DNA of 47,774 nucleotides from Promethearchaeota archaeon (GTDB taxonomy: Archaea; Asgardarchaeota; Lokiarchaeia; Sigyniarchaeales; SOKP01), in contig CP070831.1 of assembly GCA_020344955.1 (NCBI GenBank), forward strand, positions 1,106,091 to 1,153,864. Reading direction: 5' to 3'. The position numbers and the translations under genes are program-made. This document shows positions 9,207-18,063 of this stretch, piece by piece; positions within the stretch are counted from its first letter, which is position 1, and the number at the start of each line of letters is the position of its first letter. The notes beneath the pieces were generated by a model that saw nothing but the letters and a program-made list of their open reading frames with translations, ran no database searches and was not told the origin of the DNA.

Positions 9207-10496
9207 TTAACTTTCTTCGCATATGAGTTCCTGATTTTTACATAAATTTTCGTAATCTCTATCTAATGAAAGAGCAACTCTCCGAATTATTAAGCATGTT
9301 TCAAATAATACTTTAGGATCAATTTTATCCGGAGTATCATCCCTGCTATGAGCATACTTAGCACCAGCTCTAGTAGCAATATCAACAGAATCATATTTTC
9401 TTAGATGAAATGGAACCGAGTCAGTATGTGCTCCTGTAGATAGGTGAAATCCTTTAATTTTAACCTTTTCTTCAACAGCTGCTTTTTCTAAGTATTTACT
9501 AAGCAAAGGAGCAATTTTTTTTCGAGGTATTACACCGTATGATTTTAAATATTCAATTTGATTTCTGGATTCACATGCGCACGAAATCATATCTAAATTA
9601 ATTTGAAATACTCTCCCTATTACGAATTCATTTTCATGATTATTTACAAAAACTCTAGAACCCATTGTTCCTAATTCTTCAGCAGAAAATTGACAAAACC
9701 AAATATTAAAATTATTGAGAGGATTGTCTTTGAAATATTTACTTAACTCAAACACTACTGACATTCCTGAAGCATTATCTAATGCTCCTGGTGAATTATT
9801 ATGGGTATTTAAAAAAATCATGAAAATATTTGAAATTGAGATTAATATGGTTAAAAACCAAACTCCAATCCCAACAATCAACAAATCTATGTTCAAAATA
9901 GTATATACATGGATGAAAAGTGCAATAAAAAAACCTCCTAGAATAATCCCACTATATAGCCATAGTCTATAAAAAAAAACCCTCCAATATGTTTTAAATG
10001 TTTGAGATTTTGAGTCTAAATGCGCTGAAATTATGATGTTTCCAGCAATTTCAGTTGATATTTTTTTAGATTCTACTTTTGTAAAGATATTAGTTGCCGA
10101 GATTGTCTTTCCGTAATATTCTCCCCAAAAACCAGGATTTTCTGGATGTTTTAGCCCTCTAAAGATTAATAAGATTACAATTGCCATTATTCCACAAAAA
10201 AAAATCGTAATAAAAAGGTTAATATAGACAAACATTAATATAAATAAAGAAAAAGTTAAGTTAATAATCATAATTAACTTTATAAGTGTCGTAGAATAAA
10301 AATCAGAAAACTCAAAAGGTTCTTTTTGAACTTGGGTATCACTAAAGCCTATTTCTTTAAAAGTATTTATAGTTAATTCAACTGCTTTCTCTTCTCCTTT
10401 TGTTCCAACAAGACGAGGAAAGCTAAAATTATCAACGTATTTAATTAATCTGTTAAGATTAAATGGTTGATCTTTTTTTGAAGGTTTAGTACTCAA
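9207..10496 (-). CDS. membrane-embedded M28-family zinc peptidase
   Basis: M28 metal-ligand motifs SAHLDS, PGALDNASG and SAEELG, with several transmembrane helices inserted between the N-terminal and catalytic parts. Confidence 0.7.
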   Translation of the reverse strand: MSTKPSKKDQPFNLNRLIKYVDNFSFPRLVGTKGEEKAVELTINTFKEIGFSDTQVQKEPFEFSDFYSTTLIKLIMIINLTFSLFILMFVYINLFITIFFCGIMAIVILLIFRGLKHPENPGFWGEYYGKTISATNIFTKVESKKISTEIAGNIIISAHLDSKSQTFKTYWRVFFYRLWLYSGIILGGFFIALFIHVYTILNIDLLIVGIGVWFLTILISISNIFMIFLNTHNNSPGALDNASGMSVVFELSKYFKDNPLNNFNIWFCQFSAEELGTMGSRVFVNNHENEFVIGRVFQINLDMISCACESRNQIEYLKSYGVIPRKKIAPLLSKYLEKAAVEEKVKIKGFHLSTGAHTDSVPFHLRKYDSVDIATRAGAKYAHSRDDTPDKIDPKVLFETCLIIRRVALSLDRDYENLCKNQELICEES

Positions 10497-10587
10497 TTTT
10501 TTATAAAAAATAAATGAATTCTTATAAAATTATCTCTATTTTAAATAAAGTGTTGTAAATTTATTTTTTTCTATATTATTTTATAAT

Positions 10588-11184
10588 TCAACTCATATTT
10601 TTTAGTCTATCAATAATGATCTTTTGAATTTTTTCTTGGACAAATTCTATAATATCATCAGAACTAATTACATAATAGTTTTCTGTTTGAGCACGTGTTA
10701 GATAAAGATTTCTAACTTTATCTAAGAATTGATTATCCTCAAATTTTTCTAAAGCCTTATCATCTTTTCTAGCTAAAGCAATTTTTGGGTCTACATCTAA
10801 GATTATTGTAATATCTGGTAATCCTACAAATTTATTTATTTCTTTAATCCAATCAACTGAGATTTTATCAGATTGCACTGATTGATATACTATGGAAGAT
10901 TCCAAATATCTATCAGAAATGACAATATAATCTTCTTTAAGTTTATTCAATATTTCATTTTGATAATGCAGATCTCTGTCTGCAGCAAATAATAATGCAT
11001 CTGTAGTAGCGGGAATTTCCTTATTTTTCAAAAATTCTCTTAATAATAATCCAATTTTACTTTGAGAAGGTTCACATGTCAAATGTACTTTGTAACCTTC
11101 ATTTTCTAAAAATCCTTTAAGGAGGTGACTATGAGTAGTAGTTCCCGCGCCATCACCACCATCTAATACTATGAATAACGCCAT
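10588..11184 (-). CDS. tmk: thymidylate kinase family protein with atypical P-loop
   Basis: DRY motif (SDRYLESSIVYQ), lid/LDVDP motif and Tmk length. The P-loop reads GGDGAGTTT and lacks the usual lysine of GxDGxGK[ST]T. Confidence 0.6.
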   Translation of the reverse strand: MALFIVLDGGDGAGTTTHSHLLKGFLENEGYKVHLTCEPSQSKIGLLLREFLKNKEIPATTDALLFAADRDLHYQNEILNKLKEDYIVISDRYLESSIVYQSVQSDKISVDWIKEINKFVGLPDITIILDVDPKIALARKDDKALEKFEDNQFLDKVRNLYLTRAQTENYYVISSDDIIEFVQEKIQKIIIDRLKNMS

Positions 11185-11396
11185 ATACTTCAGCCTATTC
11201 TTTAAATAAATTACATTGTAGAAGAAATTTCATTTAAATATAGTCAATAATTATCAATAAGGGCTTATTTTTTTTATTTTTAATTGACTTAATTTATTAA
11301 ATTTTTAACAAATTAAAGCACACTTCAAAAAAATACTAATATCATTTTATTACAATATATCGATAAAATTAAAATGATGAAATTATCATATATTAA

Positions 11397-11780
11397 ATGA
11401 GAGAAATGGGTAAAAATTACTTATATTGCACCAATTGTAACAAAGAAATTTTCAAAGCAAAAAGAAAATCCATTGATAGTATGTATTTTAATGTATGGAT
11501 TCTTACTATTATTTCTTCATTGGGTTTTGCCTTAGTACCTTTTATAATTTATCGCTATTTTATCCTAAAAAAAAATATTTGCCCCAACTGTCAAAATAGA
11601 TTAGAATTTTACGGTTCACGTGAAGATTTTCCAGACCCCAAGGCACAAATTACCCGTATAGTTCAAACTATTGAACAAGAAAAAAAGGAAGAAGAAGGTA
11701 TAAATTGTCCTTTTTGTAAAGAAACAATAAATAATCAAGAGGAAATTTGCCCAAACTGTGGAGCTTCTCTTAAAGAATAA
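11397..11780 (+). CDS. zinc-knuckle / membrane helix / zinc-knuckle protein (LITAF-like topology) with C-terminal zinc ribbon, paralog 1
   Basis: CTNC, then hydrophobic helix WILTIISSLGFALVPFIIY, then CPNC. C-terminal CPFC...CPNC. Confidence 0.6.
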   Translation: MREMGKNYLYCTNCNKEIFKAKRKSIDSMYFNVWILTIISSLGFALVPFIIYRYFILKKNICPNCQNRLEFYGSREDFPDPKAQITRIVQTIEQEKKEEEGINCPFCKETINNQEEICPNCGASLKE

Positions 11781-11857
11781 AATAAGATAAGAATAAGAAT
11801 AAATATCATTATAGATTTTTACATATTAAAATTAATTGTATCAAAAACAAGATCAAG

Positions 11858-12238
11858 ATGACAACTACTAATCCCACTGGATGGTGCCCCCGTTGCCAAC
11901 AGAATGTATTATTAAAACGTGAAGAGATTGATACTTGTCTTGCGATAATACTACTAATTTTTACAGCGGGAATTGGTTTAATAATATACTATGCTATCTA
12001 TCATTCTCGTCCTGAGAATAGATGCGTCCACTGCGGAGGAATAATTACTACACAACAACAAAGCCCATATACTTACCAATCAAGTCCACAAATTCAACAA
12101 TCATCATATTCTGCTCCAGTAAATATCTCTGAAGAAGTAACAGGAGCTAGACCTAATTTTTGCGCATTATGTGGTGAAAAATTGGATGTTGGAGCAAAAT
12201 TTTGTCAAAATTGTGGAAGCCAAATTACTGAAAATTAA
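11858..12238 (+). CDS. zinc-knuckle / membrane helix / zinc-knuckle protein (LITAF-like topology) with C-terminal zinc ribbon, paralog 2
   Basis: CPRC-x13-CLAIILLIFTAGIGLIIYYAIY-x7-CVHC, a Q/S-rich linker, then FCALCG...FCQNCG. Confidence 0.65.
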   Translation: MTTTNPTGWCPRCQQNVLLKREEIDTCLAIILLIFTAGIGLIIYYAIYHSRPENRCVHCGGIITTQQQSPYTYQSSPQIQQSSYSAPVNISEEVTGARPNFCALCGEKLDVGAKFCQNCGSQITEN

Positions 12239-12370
12239 TTTTTTTGTCTTATTTTTTTTTCAAGAGTACTTTTATAGTCAGATTTAAAAATTGGACTCCA
12301 AATTTTTTTAATTCGATTTATATCTCCTCATAAATAAGTAAAAATTAATTATTTGGAGTGATAAAAAAAA

Positions 12371-12742
12371 ATGTATTGCCCTAATTGTAATATGAATGTA
12401 TACACAAGAAAAAATGATTTCAATATTGGACTGGCGATTTTTTTAGCAATATTTACTGGAGGTATTGGTCTATTAATTTATGTTGCTATTTACTTAGATA
12501 GAGAACATAAACCTCGATGTATACATTGTAACAATGTCTGTTATGAACAAAAAGAAGAAATAAACCAACCAGTCTCAAATTACCAAGTAGTAAGTAATTC
12601 TAACCAAATACAGAATCAGAGCCTTATTATAAAGTCTCAGAATTCTGAAGAAAAGCCAAAATTTTGCTATAACTGTGGAAGTGAATTAGACGGGAGCGAA
12701 AACGCAAAATTCTGTGCTCTCTGTGGAAGTTCATTACAATAA
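12371..12742 (+). CDS. zinc-knuckle / membrane helix / zinc-knuckle protein (LITAF-like topology) with C-terminal zinc ribbon, paralog 3
   Basis: CPNC-x13-GLAIFLAIFTGGIGLLIYVAIY-x8-CIHC, a Q/N-rich linker, then FCYNCG...FCALCG. Confidence 0.65.
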   Translation: MYCPNCNMNVYTRKNDFNIGLAIFLAIFTGGIGLLIYVAIYLDREHKPRCIHCNNVCYEQKEEINQPVSNYQVVSNSNQIQNQSLIIKSQNSEEKPKFCYNCGSELDGSENAKFCALCGSSLQ

Positions 12743-12821
12743 TTTTTTTTAATTTTTATTATTTTTTTCGATTAAAGTTTTCATAAATTCAAAGAAATCT
12801 TTATATGAGCTAGGAAAATGA

Positions 12822-12841
12822 CTATCTTCCTTGGAAGATAG
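12822..12841. terminator. perfect 9-bp inverted repeat hairpin between convergent genes
   Basis: CTATCTTCC-TT-GGAAGATAG lies between the stop of 12371..12742 (+) and the stop of aroE (-). T-tracts are nearby. Confidence 0.3.
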
Positions 12842-12898
12842 CAAAAACTTGACTCATCTCTCCTGAGCCAGCTACTATTTTTAAATTAGTTCCTTTCA

Positions 12899-13774
12899 TT
12901 ATTTTAACCTTAGATACTCCATTATTTTTGCTTTCATTAATTGATTATTTGGAGTCTTTCCTGTCCACCATTCAAAAGCCAAGACTCCTTGATTTATTAA
13001 CATATCCAATCCACCTAACACTTTACACCCAATTTTCGCTGCTTCTTTCATTAATTTAGTTTTTAGGGGATTATATACTATATCAAAAACAATTAAACCA
13101 TCATGTAAAAATTTATCAGGTATTGGTGATTCTTCTATATTAGGATACATACCAATTGGAGTTGTGTTAATCAAGATATCGGCTCCTTTAGATTCATCCT
13201 TTAAAACATTAAAACTGTTACTTTTTCCTTCAACATTTATGTTGTAATACTTTTTGATATCATTCGCTAGTTTGATAGCTTTTTTCTCAGTTCTATTTGT
13301 TATGACCATCTTATTAGCATATTCAGCTAAAATAAAAGCTAAAGTTCTTCCCCCACCTCCAGCTCCTAATAACAAAATATTCTTTCCAGAAATAGAATAA
13401 CCTGCATCTAATATTGATTTCAGAGCACCTTCTCCATCGGTATTTCTGCCAATTAAATGTCCCTTATCATTTTTAATAGTATTTATAGCTCCAATTCTTT
13501 GAGCTAAAGGCTCTATTTCATCCAAATACACCATAATTTTTTGTTTAAAAGGCATTGTTACATTAATTCCTTTGATGTCAAATGCTCTAAATCCTTTAAC
13601 TGCAAATTTCAAATTTTTAGGGTGAATTTTAAAAGCTAAATAAACACAATCAAGATTTAATTCATTTATTGCTACGTTATGCATTATTGAACTCATGGAA
13701 TGTTCAATAGGGTATCCTATAACGCAAAATACTTGCGTGTTAGCAGTGATAAATTCCTTTCTACTCATTATCAA
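12899..13774 (-). CDS. aroE: shikimate dehydrogenase
   Basis: Motifs GYPIEHSMS, NVTMPFK, GAGGGGR Rossmann loop and NRT. Confidence 0.85.
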   Translation of the reverse strand: MIMSRKEFITANTQVFCVIGYPIEHSMSSIMHNVAINELNLDCVYLAFKIHPKNLKFAVKGFRAFDIKGINVTMPFKQKIMVYLDEIEPLAQRIGAINTIKNDKGHLIGRNTDGEGALKSILDAGYSISGKNILLLGAGGGGRTLAFILAEYANKMVITNRTEKKAIKLANDIKKYYNINVEGKSNSFNVLKDESKGADILINTTPIGMYPNIEESPIPDKFLHDGLIVFDIVYNPLKTKLMKEAAKIGCKVLGGLDMLINQGVLAFEWWTGKTPNNQLMKAKIMEYLRLK

Positions 13775-13794
13775 ACATTTAGAGTATAACTATA

Positions 13795-14415
13795 TCAATC
13801 TAAAATCTCATCTTTAAAATGATTTTCAAATTCTTGCGATCTTACAATTGTTGCTTGTTTATATCTTTCAATTCTATTTTCCCACTTAGCATCTACATTA
13901 AACGCCACCTTTGCAAATTCAATTGATCTAATGGCTTTAGCTAATTCATCTTGATCCTCTGGACTATAGATTTTAATAGGATTACCAATTCCAATATTGT
14001 TTGGAGGGATAAAAGAATTAGAGGGAACAACAGTATTTGCATGAACGAAAGCTCCTACAGCTACGGCTGCACCAGATTGAATAACAGCTCCTTGTAAAAC
14101 TGTAGCTCCTGTAGCGATATATGAATAAGATTCAACTTTGCATCCAATAAGAGTTGACTGTGGTGAGATAAAGACATGATCTCCAATTACTACAGGATAT
14201 TCTTTAGATCCAGATGCCGTAGCTCTTAAAACAGCATTTTCACAAATTATAGAACATTCACCAATTTCAATCTTAGATCCTTCTGAATCAAGAACAGAAC
14301 CATACATTATCCGTGTGTCTTTTCCAATTAAAACATTACCTATAATTGCGGCTGTTGGTGCTATGAATACAGATGAATCGAATTTAGGTTTAAAGCCTCG
14401 ATGCTTTATTATTAT
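13795..14415 (-). CDS. gamma-carbonic-anhydrase-like left-handed beta-helix (hexapeptide repeat) protein; probable AUA start
   Basis: Hexapeptide repeats run throughout. The ORF track starts at ATG 14307, but family-typical N-terminal sequence (HRGFKPKFDSSVFIAPTAAIIGNVLIGKDTRI) continues in frame up to stop TGA 14422-14424 with no ATG/GTG/TTG. A GGTGA box lies 6 nt upstream of ATA 14413-14415. Confidence 0.6.
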   Translation of the reverse strand: MIIKHRGFKPKFDSSVFIAPTAAIIGNVLIGKDTRIMYGSVLDSEGSKIEIGECSIICENAVLRATASGSKEYPVVIGDHVFISPQSTLIGCKVESYSYIATGATVLQGAVIQSGAAVAVGAFVHANTVVPSNSFIPPNNIGIGNPIKIYSPEDQDELAKAIRSIEFAKVAFNVDAKWENRIERYKQATIVRSQEFENHFKDEILD

Positions 14416-14585
14416 TCTCTTTCACCTTATATATTTTTCAGATAAATTTGATTACTTACTAATTGTTTATTATTTAATAGTTTTATAGAAAAATTTGAGA
14501 TAATTCAAATTAAAACTATTTAATATGTTAAAAATTAAAATAATTAATAATTTCAACTTATATTAATGAAAAAAATAATACGAGA

Positions 14586-15149
14586 ATGAAGAAAGTAGAA
14601 TTAAGCCCAAAAATTTCAACTTTTCCGATGCCTACAGCAGTTATTTCTGTAGGTATAGGAGAAGAAGCTAATCTCATAACATTAGCTTATGTAGGAAAAG
14701 TATGCTTCAATCCTCCTATTATTGCTGTTTCTATACAACCTAAGCGACATTCTTATCAGCTGATAGATAAACACGGGGAATTTGTAATTAACTATCCGAC
14801 AATAGAGCAATTAAAAGAAACTGATTATTGCGGTACAAGGTCAGGAAGAGACATTAATAAATGGAAAGATTTAAATTTAACTAAGGAACAAGCCACAATA
14901 GTAAAAGTACCGATGATAAAAGAGTTTCCATGGAATATGGAATGTAAGGTGATTAAAAAAATAGAACTTGGGTCACATGTATGTTTTTTTGGAAGAGTCG
15001 TTGCGACACATTCTGATCCTAATTATGTTAAAAATGAGGTCCTAGATCCTGAGAAATTCAATTTTCCCGCTTACATAGCAGGTAATTATCTGGAACTAAA
15101 AAAGGGAATTTTAGAAAAGCATGGATTTTCAGAAGAAATAACTAATTAA
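14586..15149 (+). CDS. flavin reductase-like FMN-binding split-barrel protein
   Basis: Pattern PMPTAVISV...NLITLAY...NPPIIAVSIQP.RHSYQLI...GEFVINY is typical of the Flavin_Reduct fold. Confidence 0.6.
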   Translation: MKKVELSPKISTFPMPTAVISVGIGEEANLITLAYVGKVCFNPPIIAVSIQPKRHSYQLIDKHGEFVINYPTIEQLKETDYCGTRSGRDINKWKDLNLTKEQATIVKVPMIKEFPWNMECKVIKKIELGSHVCFFGRVVATHSDPNYVKNEVLDPEKFNFPAYIAGNYLELKKGILEKHGFSEEITN

Positions 15150-15176
15150 AAATAAATATTAGTATAATAATTCATT

Positions 15177-15707
15177 ATGGCTAAAGATTCTATTGCACTT
15201 ATTGGATTTATGGCATCTGGAAAAACAACAATTGGAATTGAGTTAGTAAAATACCTCGGTGAAGATTATACATTTATAGAAACTGATCAAATTATCGTCC
15301 AAGATATTGGAAAATCCATTCCAGAAATTTTTGCTGAAGAAGGAGAATCGAAATTCAGAGAATATGAAAGTTCTATTTGTGAAAAAGTTTCAAAATTACA
15401 TAAGGTAATAATTTCATGTGGAGGTGGAGTAGTTTTGCATAATATAAATATTGAAAACCTGAAGAAAAATTGTCACATAGTTTTACTAAAAGCGCCTTTA
15501 GATGAAATTTATAAAAGATCAATTAAAAATGGGAAACATAAACGCCCTATTATTAATAAAGGTGACTTAAAAACTGAAATAGAAAAAGTCCTGAACTTCC
15601 GTAGACCATATTATGAAAAAGCAGCAGAAGTAATCATTGAAACAACTAATAGAAAAATTGAGGATATTGTTAGTGAGATTGTAATAAAAACCCAATTAAA
15701 AACCTAA
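15177..15707 (+). CDS. aroK: shikimate kinase, P-loop (AroK/AroL) type
   Basis: Walker A GFMASGKTTIG, a D(Q) shikimate-binding region ETDQ, a GGGVV motif and ~175 aa length. Confidence 0.7.
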   Translation: MAKDSIALIGFMASGKTTIGIELVKYLGEDYTFIETDQIIVQDIGKSIPEIFAEEGESKFREYESSICEKVSKLHKVIISCGGGVVLHNINIENLKKNCHIVLLKAPLDEIYKRSIKNGKHKRPIINKGDLKTEIEKVLNFRRPYYEKAAEVIIETTNRKIEDIVSEIVIKTQLKT

Positions 15708-15765
15708 ATTTAAATTTGTCCACTCTACTAAATATTTAAAATATTTATAACAGAGTTAAGATATT

Positions 15766-15965
15766 ATGGCAGAATTTAAAAGAATTAAATGTCCCCAATG
15801 TGGCAATGAGAATCCACGTAAGCTTCATGAAGAACCAGATCGGAATAATGTTCTATACTACAGTATGGGTAAAGCTATCTCAGCCTACCGCTGAAGCAGG
15901 GCACTCCGGTTTATTCAAAAAACATGAAATGTGGAGATTGCGGAAATCTTTTCAAAAAAAATTAA
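15766..15965 (+). pseudogene. small two-knuckle zinc-ribbon protein gene split across two reading frames (frameshift, or a short intervening sequence)
   Basis: The frame from ATG 15766 gives MAEFKRIKCPQCGNENPRKLHEEPDRNNVLYYSMGKAISAYR, then TGA at 15892-15894. The -1 frame continues ...LKQGTPVYSKNMKCGDCGNLFKKN with stop at 15963-15965. Each half carries one CxxC knuckle. Confidence 0.45.
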
Positions 15966-16012
15966 AACGCTTAAGAAAAATCTGAGTTTTTTTATTTTTC
16001 CTATTTTATAAC

Positions 16013-17218
16013 TTACATTAGTGATAAGACAATTTTATTTTGCGCTTTTAGCATATCCTCCATTATAAGTTCCATTGCTTCTTTAATATCTGGATTGTTC
16101 TCAGGAATACTACGTTTTGCGTTTACACTTGCCATTAAAACTTCATTTAATCCACGCAAAATCATATCTGGGCTGTAAAACGGTCTGCGTGAAGCCCACC
16201 ATTGCTGACAGCTGTGAATCCCACGATCTAAAAGATTTCTTGCATTATCAAAGATTCTTTTCTTTTCATCATCCATCCCATCCCGATATTTAGCAGATAG
16301 ATGTATCAATGTAAGGGCATACATAAAGAATTTGTGTTGTTCGATGTGTATTTCATTTTGAGGATCGAACCATAAAGGGAATGGGACATCAGCGGCTATA
16401 TCATACGGCATTGTTGACCAACTTGAATCTCGTGGAACTTGAGTGAAGCCTTTAGGAAATCTATCTACGATTTCTGAGACAGTACATATCTTTATATCAT
16501 TTCTATGAGGAATTGCTTGAAACAATGGGATCAAAAAGTTATTTATCGCATGTTTAACATGGTGTCCAAAAGTTTCACCATCCATGGCTAGTATTACATA
16601 ATAATCCTTAGATGTGTTCTTGTAGTATAAGCGTTTAATAAATGCATCAACATTGTTTATCTTATCAAAAGCACAATCAATTGAAATATAATCATCTCTA
16701 AACAACAGCCTAAGTCCACTAGGATGAACGGATATATAGTCTGTTGGGAATTCAGGTAAGGTATTGGCAATTCCGCTCATTATAATCCAATTAAAACCAG
16801 CTTTTTTAACAATTTTTAAAACTTCTTCAGAAACTGCCATCTCTGGGGGAAAAAATCCTTGTGGATTATAAGCATTTCCAAAAAAGTGTTTGTTAGTTTC
16901 ATTATTTAATTTAATTTGACGTTCAATTTCGGGTTCTGGAATTAAAGGAAGCAATGGATGAAATTTCCCTGAACCCGTGAATTCAATTTGTCCTTTTGAC
17001 GATAGATTTTTAATTACTTCCAATAAGTCATCATAACCAAAATCATGCAACTGTTCGGTTAAGGTTCCATTAATATTTAAGGTAATTTTAGCTTCTGAAT
17101 TATCTCTTAGTGCATTGATTATTGGCTTATAGGATTCATTAACTATCTGTTTTATAACTAGAGGTATTTGTACAGGAGGTTGATAAATATGGAATAAAAA
17201 AGCAAAGTAAACAACCAT
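16013..17218 (-). CDS. glycoside hydrolase family 57 protein (alpha-glucan active)
   Basis: N-terminal FLFHIYQPP (HQP-type motif) and catalytic-region motif ILAMDGETFGHH. 401 aa. Confidence 0.65.
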   Translation of the reverse strand: MVVYFAFLFHIYQPPVQIPLVIKQIVNESYKPIINALRDNSEAKITLNINGTLTEQLHDFGYDDLLEVIKNLSSKGQIEFTGSGKFHPLLPLIPEPEIERQIKLNNETNKHFFGNAYNPQGFFPPEMAVSEEVLKIVKKAGFNWIIMSGIANTLPEFPTDYISVHPSGLRLLFRDDYISIDCAFDKINNVDAFIKRLYYKNTSKDYYVILAMDGETFGHHVKHAINNFLIPLFQAIPHRNDIKICTVSEIVDRFPKGFTQVPRDSSWSTMPYDIAADVPFPLWFDPQNEIHIEQHKFFMYALTLIHLSAKYRDGMDDEKKRIFDNARNLLDRGIHSCQQWWASRRPFYSPDMILRGLNEVLMASVNAKRSIPENNPDIKEAMELIMEDMLKAQNKIVLSLM

Positions 17219-17282
17219 ATACTATATTAAATAACATACTTTTTTTAATCTTCATAGTTTCAATTTTAAAAGATTAATTAAT

Positions 17283-18035
17283 TTAAGAACTGTTTTGTGT
17301 TACATTGTATATTTCTTGCATTTCTTTGATGTTAATCTGTCCTGATGCTGTTTCTTCATCTAAGAAGGTATATGTTAAAAATGAACCTGCTAGAACACAC
17401 ATAATTCTTGATAAAAGCCCCAAAGATCCCATACAAAATGAGATTATTTTTTGATTTGATTTAGACAAATCTTTACATAATCTTAATGCTATCAAGTTAT
17501 CCTCGAAGTTTTGAGCAGTAAAAATAAGCTTAAATATATTTTCCTTGAGTTTTTTTGAATCTAAACCTAATTCTCGAAATAATCTTTCGTTAAAGTTTCG
17601 TATTAGTCTGATTGAATCATCAAATCCCAATGTTTTTTCAAAGTCATGATAAGAAAATATTATTTTAATTTCATTTTGGAAAGCTAAAGTTATAATTTCT
17701 TCTAGAATGCTTATATCAGTATTCATTTCAATGTCAAGATAATCTGGGGTAGAATTTATCAATATTTTTAATATTTTAGAGCGTTCCTTCGGATTTATTT
17801 TAAGATGCCCACCTTCAGATGAATCTCTTAAAGTAAAGATAACAGCAGCATGAGGTCGGATGATTTTCAATAATTCTTTTAGGAAATCTATAGAAAAATT
17901 TTGAATATCAGTAATATAATCAAATCTTAATTCAATTAGATTAGGTTTTGACTTTATTGCTTTATCAATTATGGATTTAACTTTATTAATATTTGTAAAT
18001 CTAATAGGGATAGGGATACACAGATTTAATTTCAT
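17283..18035 (-). CDS. aroD: type I 3-dehydroquinate dehydratase
   Basis: Motifs ELRFDY, SYHDFEKT and CMGSLGLLSRI. Confidence 0.7.
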   Translation of the reverse strand: MKLNLCIPIPIRFTNINKVKSIIDKAIKSKPNLIELRFDYITDIQNFSIDFLKELLKIIRPHAAVIFTLRDSSEGGHLKINPKERSKILKILINSTPDYLDIEMNTDISILEEIITLAFQNEIKIIFSYHDFEKTLGFDDSIRLIRNFNERLFRELGLDSKKLKENIFKLIFTAQNFEDNLIALRLCKDLSKSNQKIISFCMGSLGLLSRIMCVLAGSFLTYTFLDEETASGQINIKEMQEIYNVTQNSS

Positions 18036-18063
18036 AATTTATAATAAAAATGAGATAGAAAAA

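Noticed and set aside
15892-15894. In-frame TGA in the small zinc-ribbon gene as a possible selenocysteine codon, given the nearby Sec machinery
   Set aside because: Reading through gives only 10 more codons before a second TGA (15925-15927) and misses the second CxxC knuckle, which lies in another frame. There is no Cys/Sec-like context.
15869-15899. GT...AG spliceosomal-type mini-intron in the zinc-ribbon gene (GTAAAG...GCAG); a similar idea was considered for rpl11
   Set aside because: The GT-AG bounded segments are 28 or 31 nt and do not restore the reading frame (length must be 2 mod 3). The rpl11 insert has no GT/AG ends. No spliceosome is expected in archaea.
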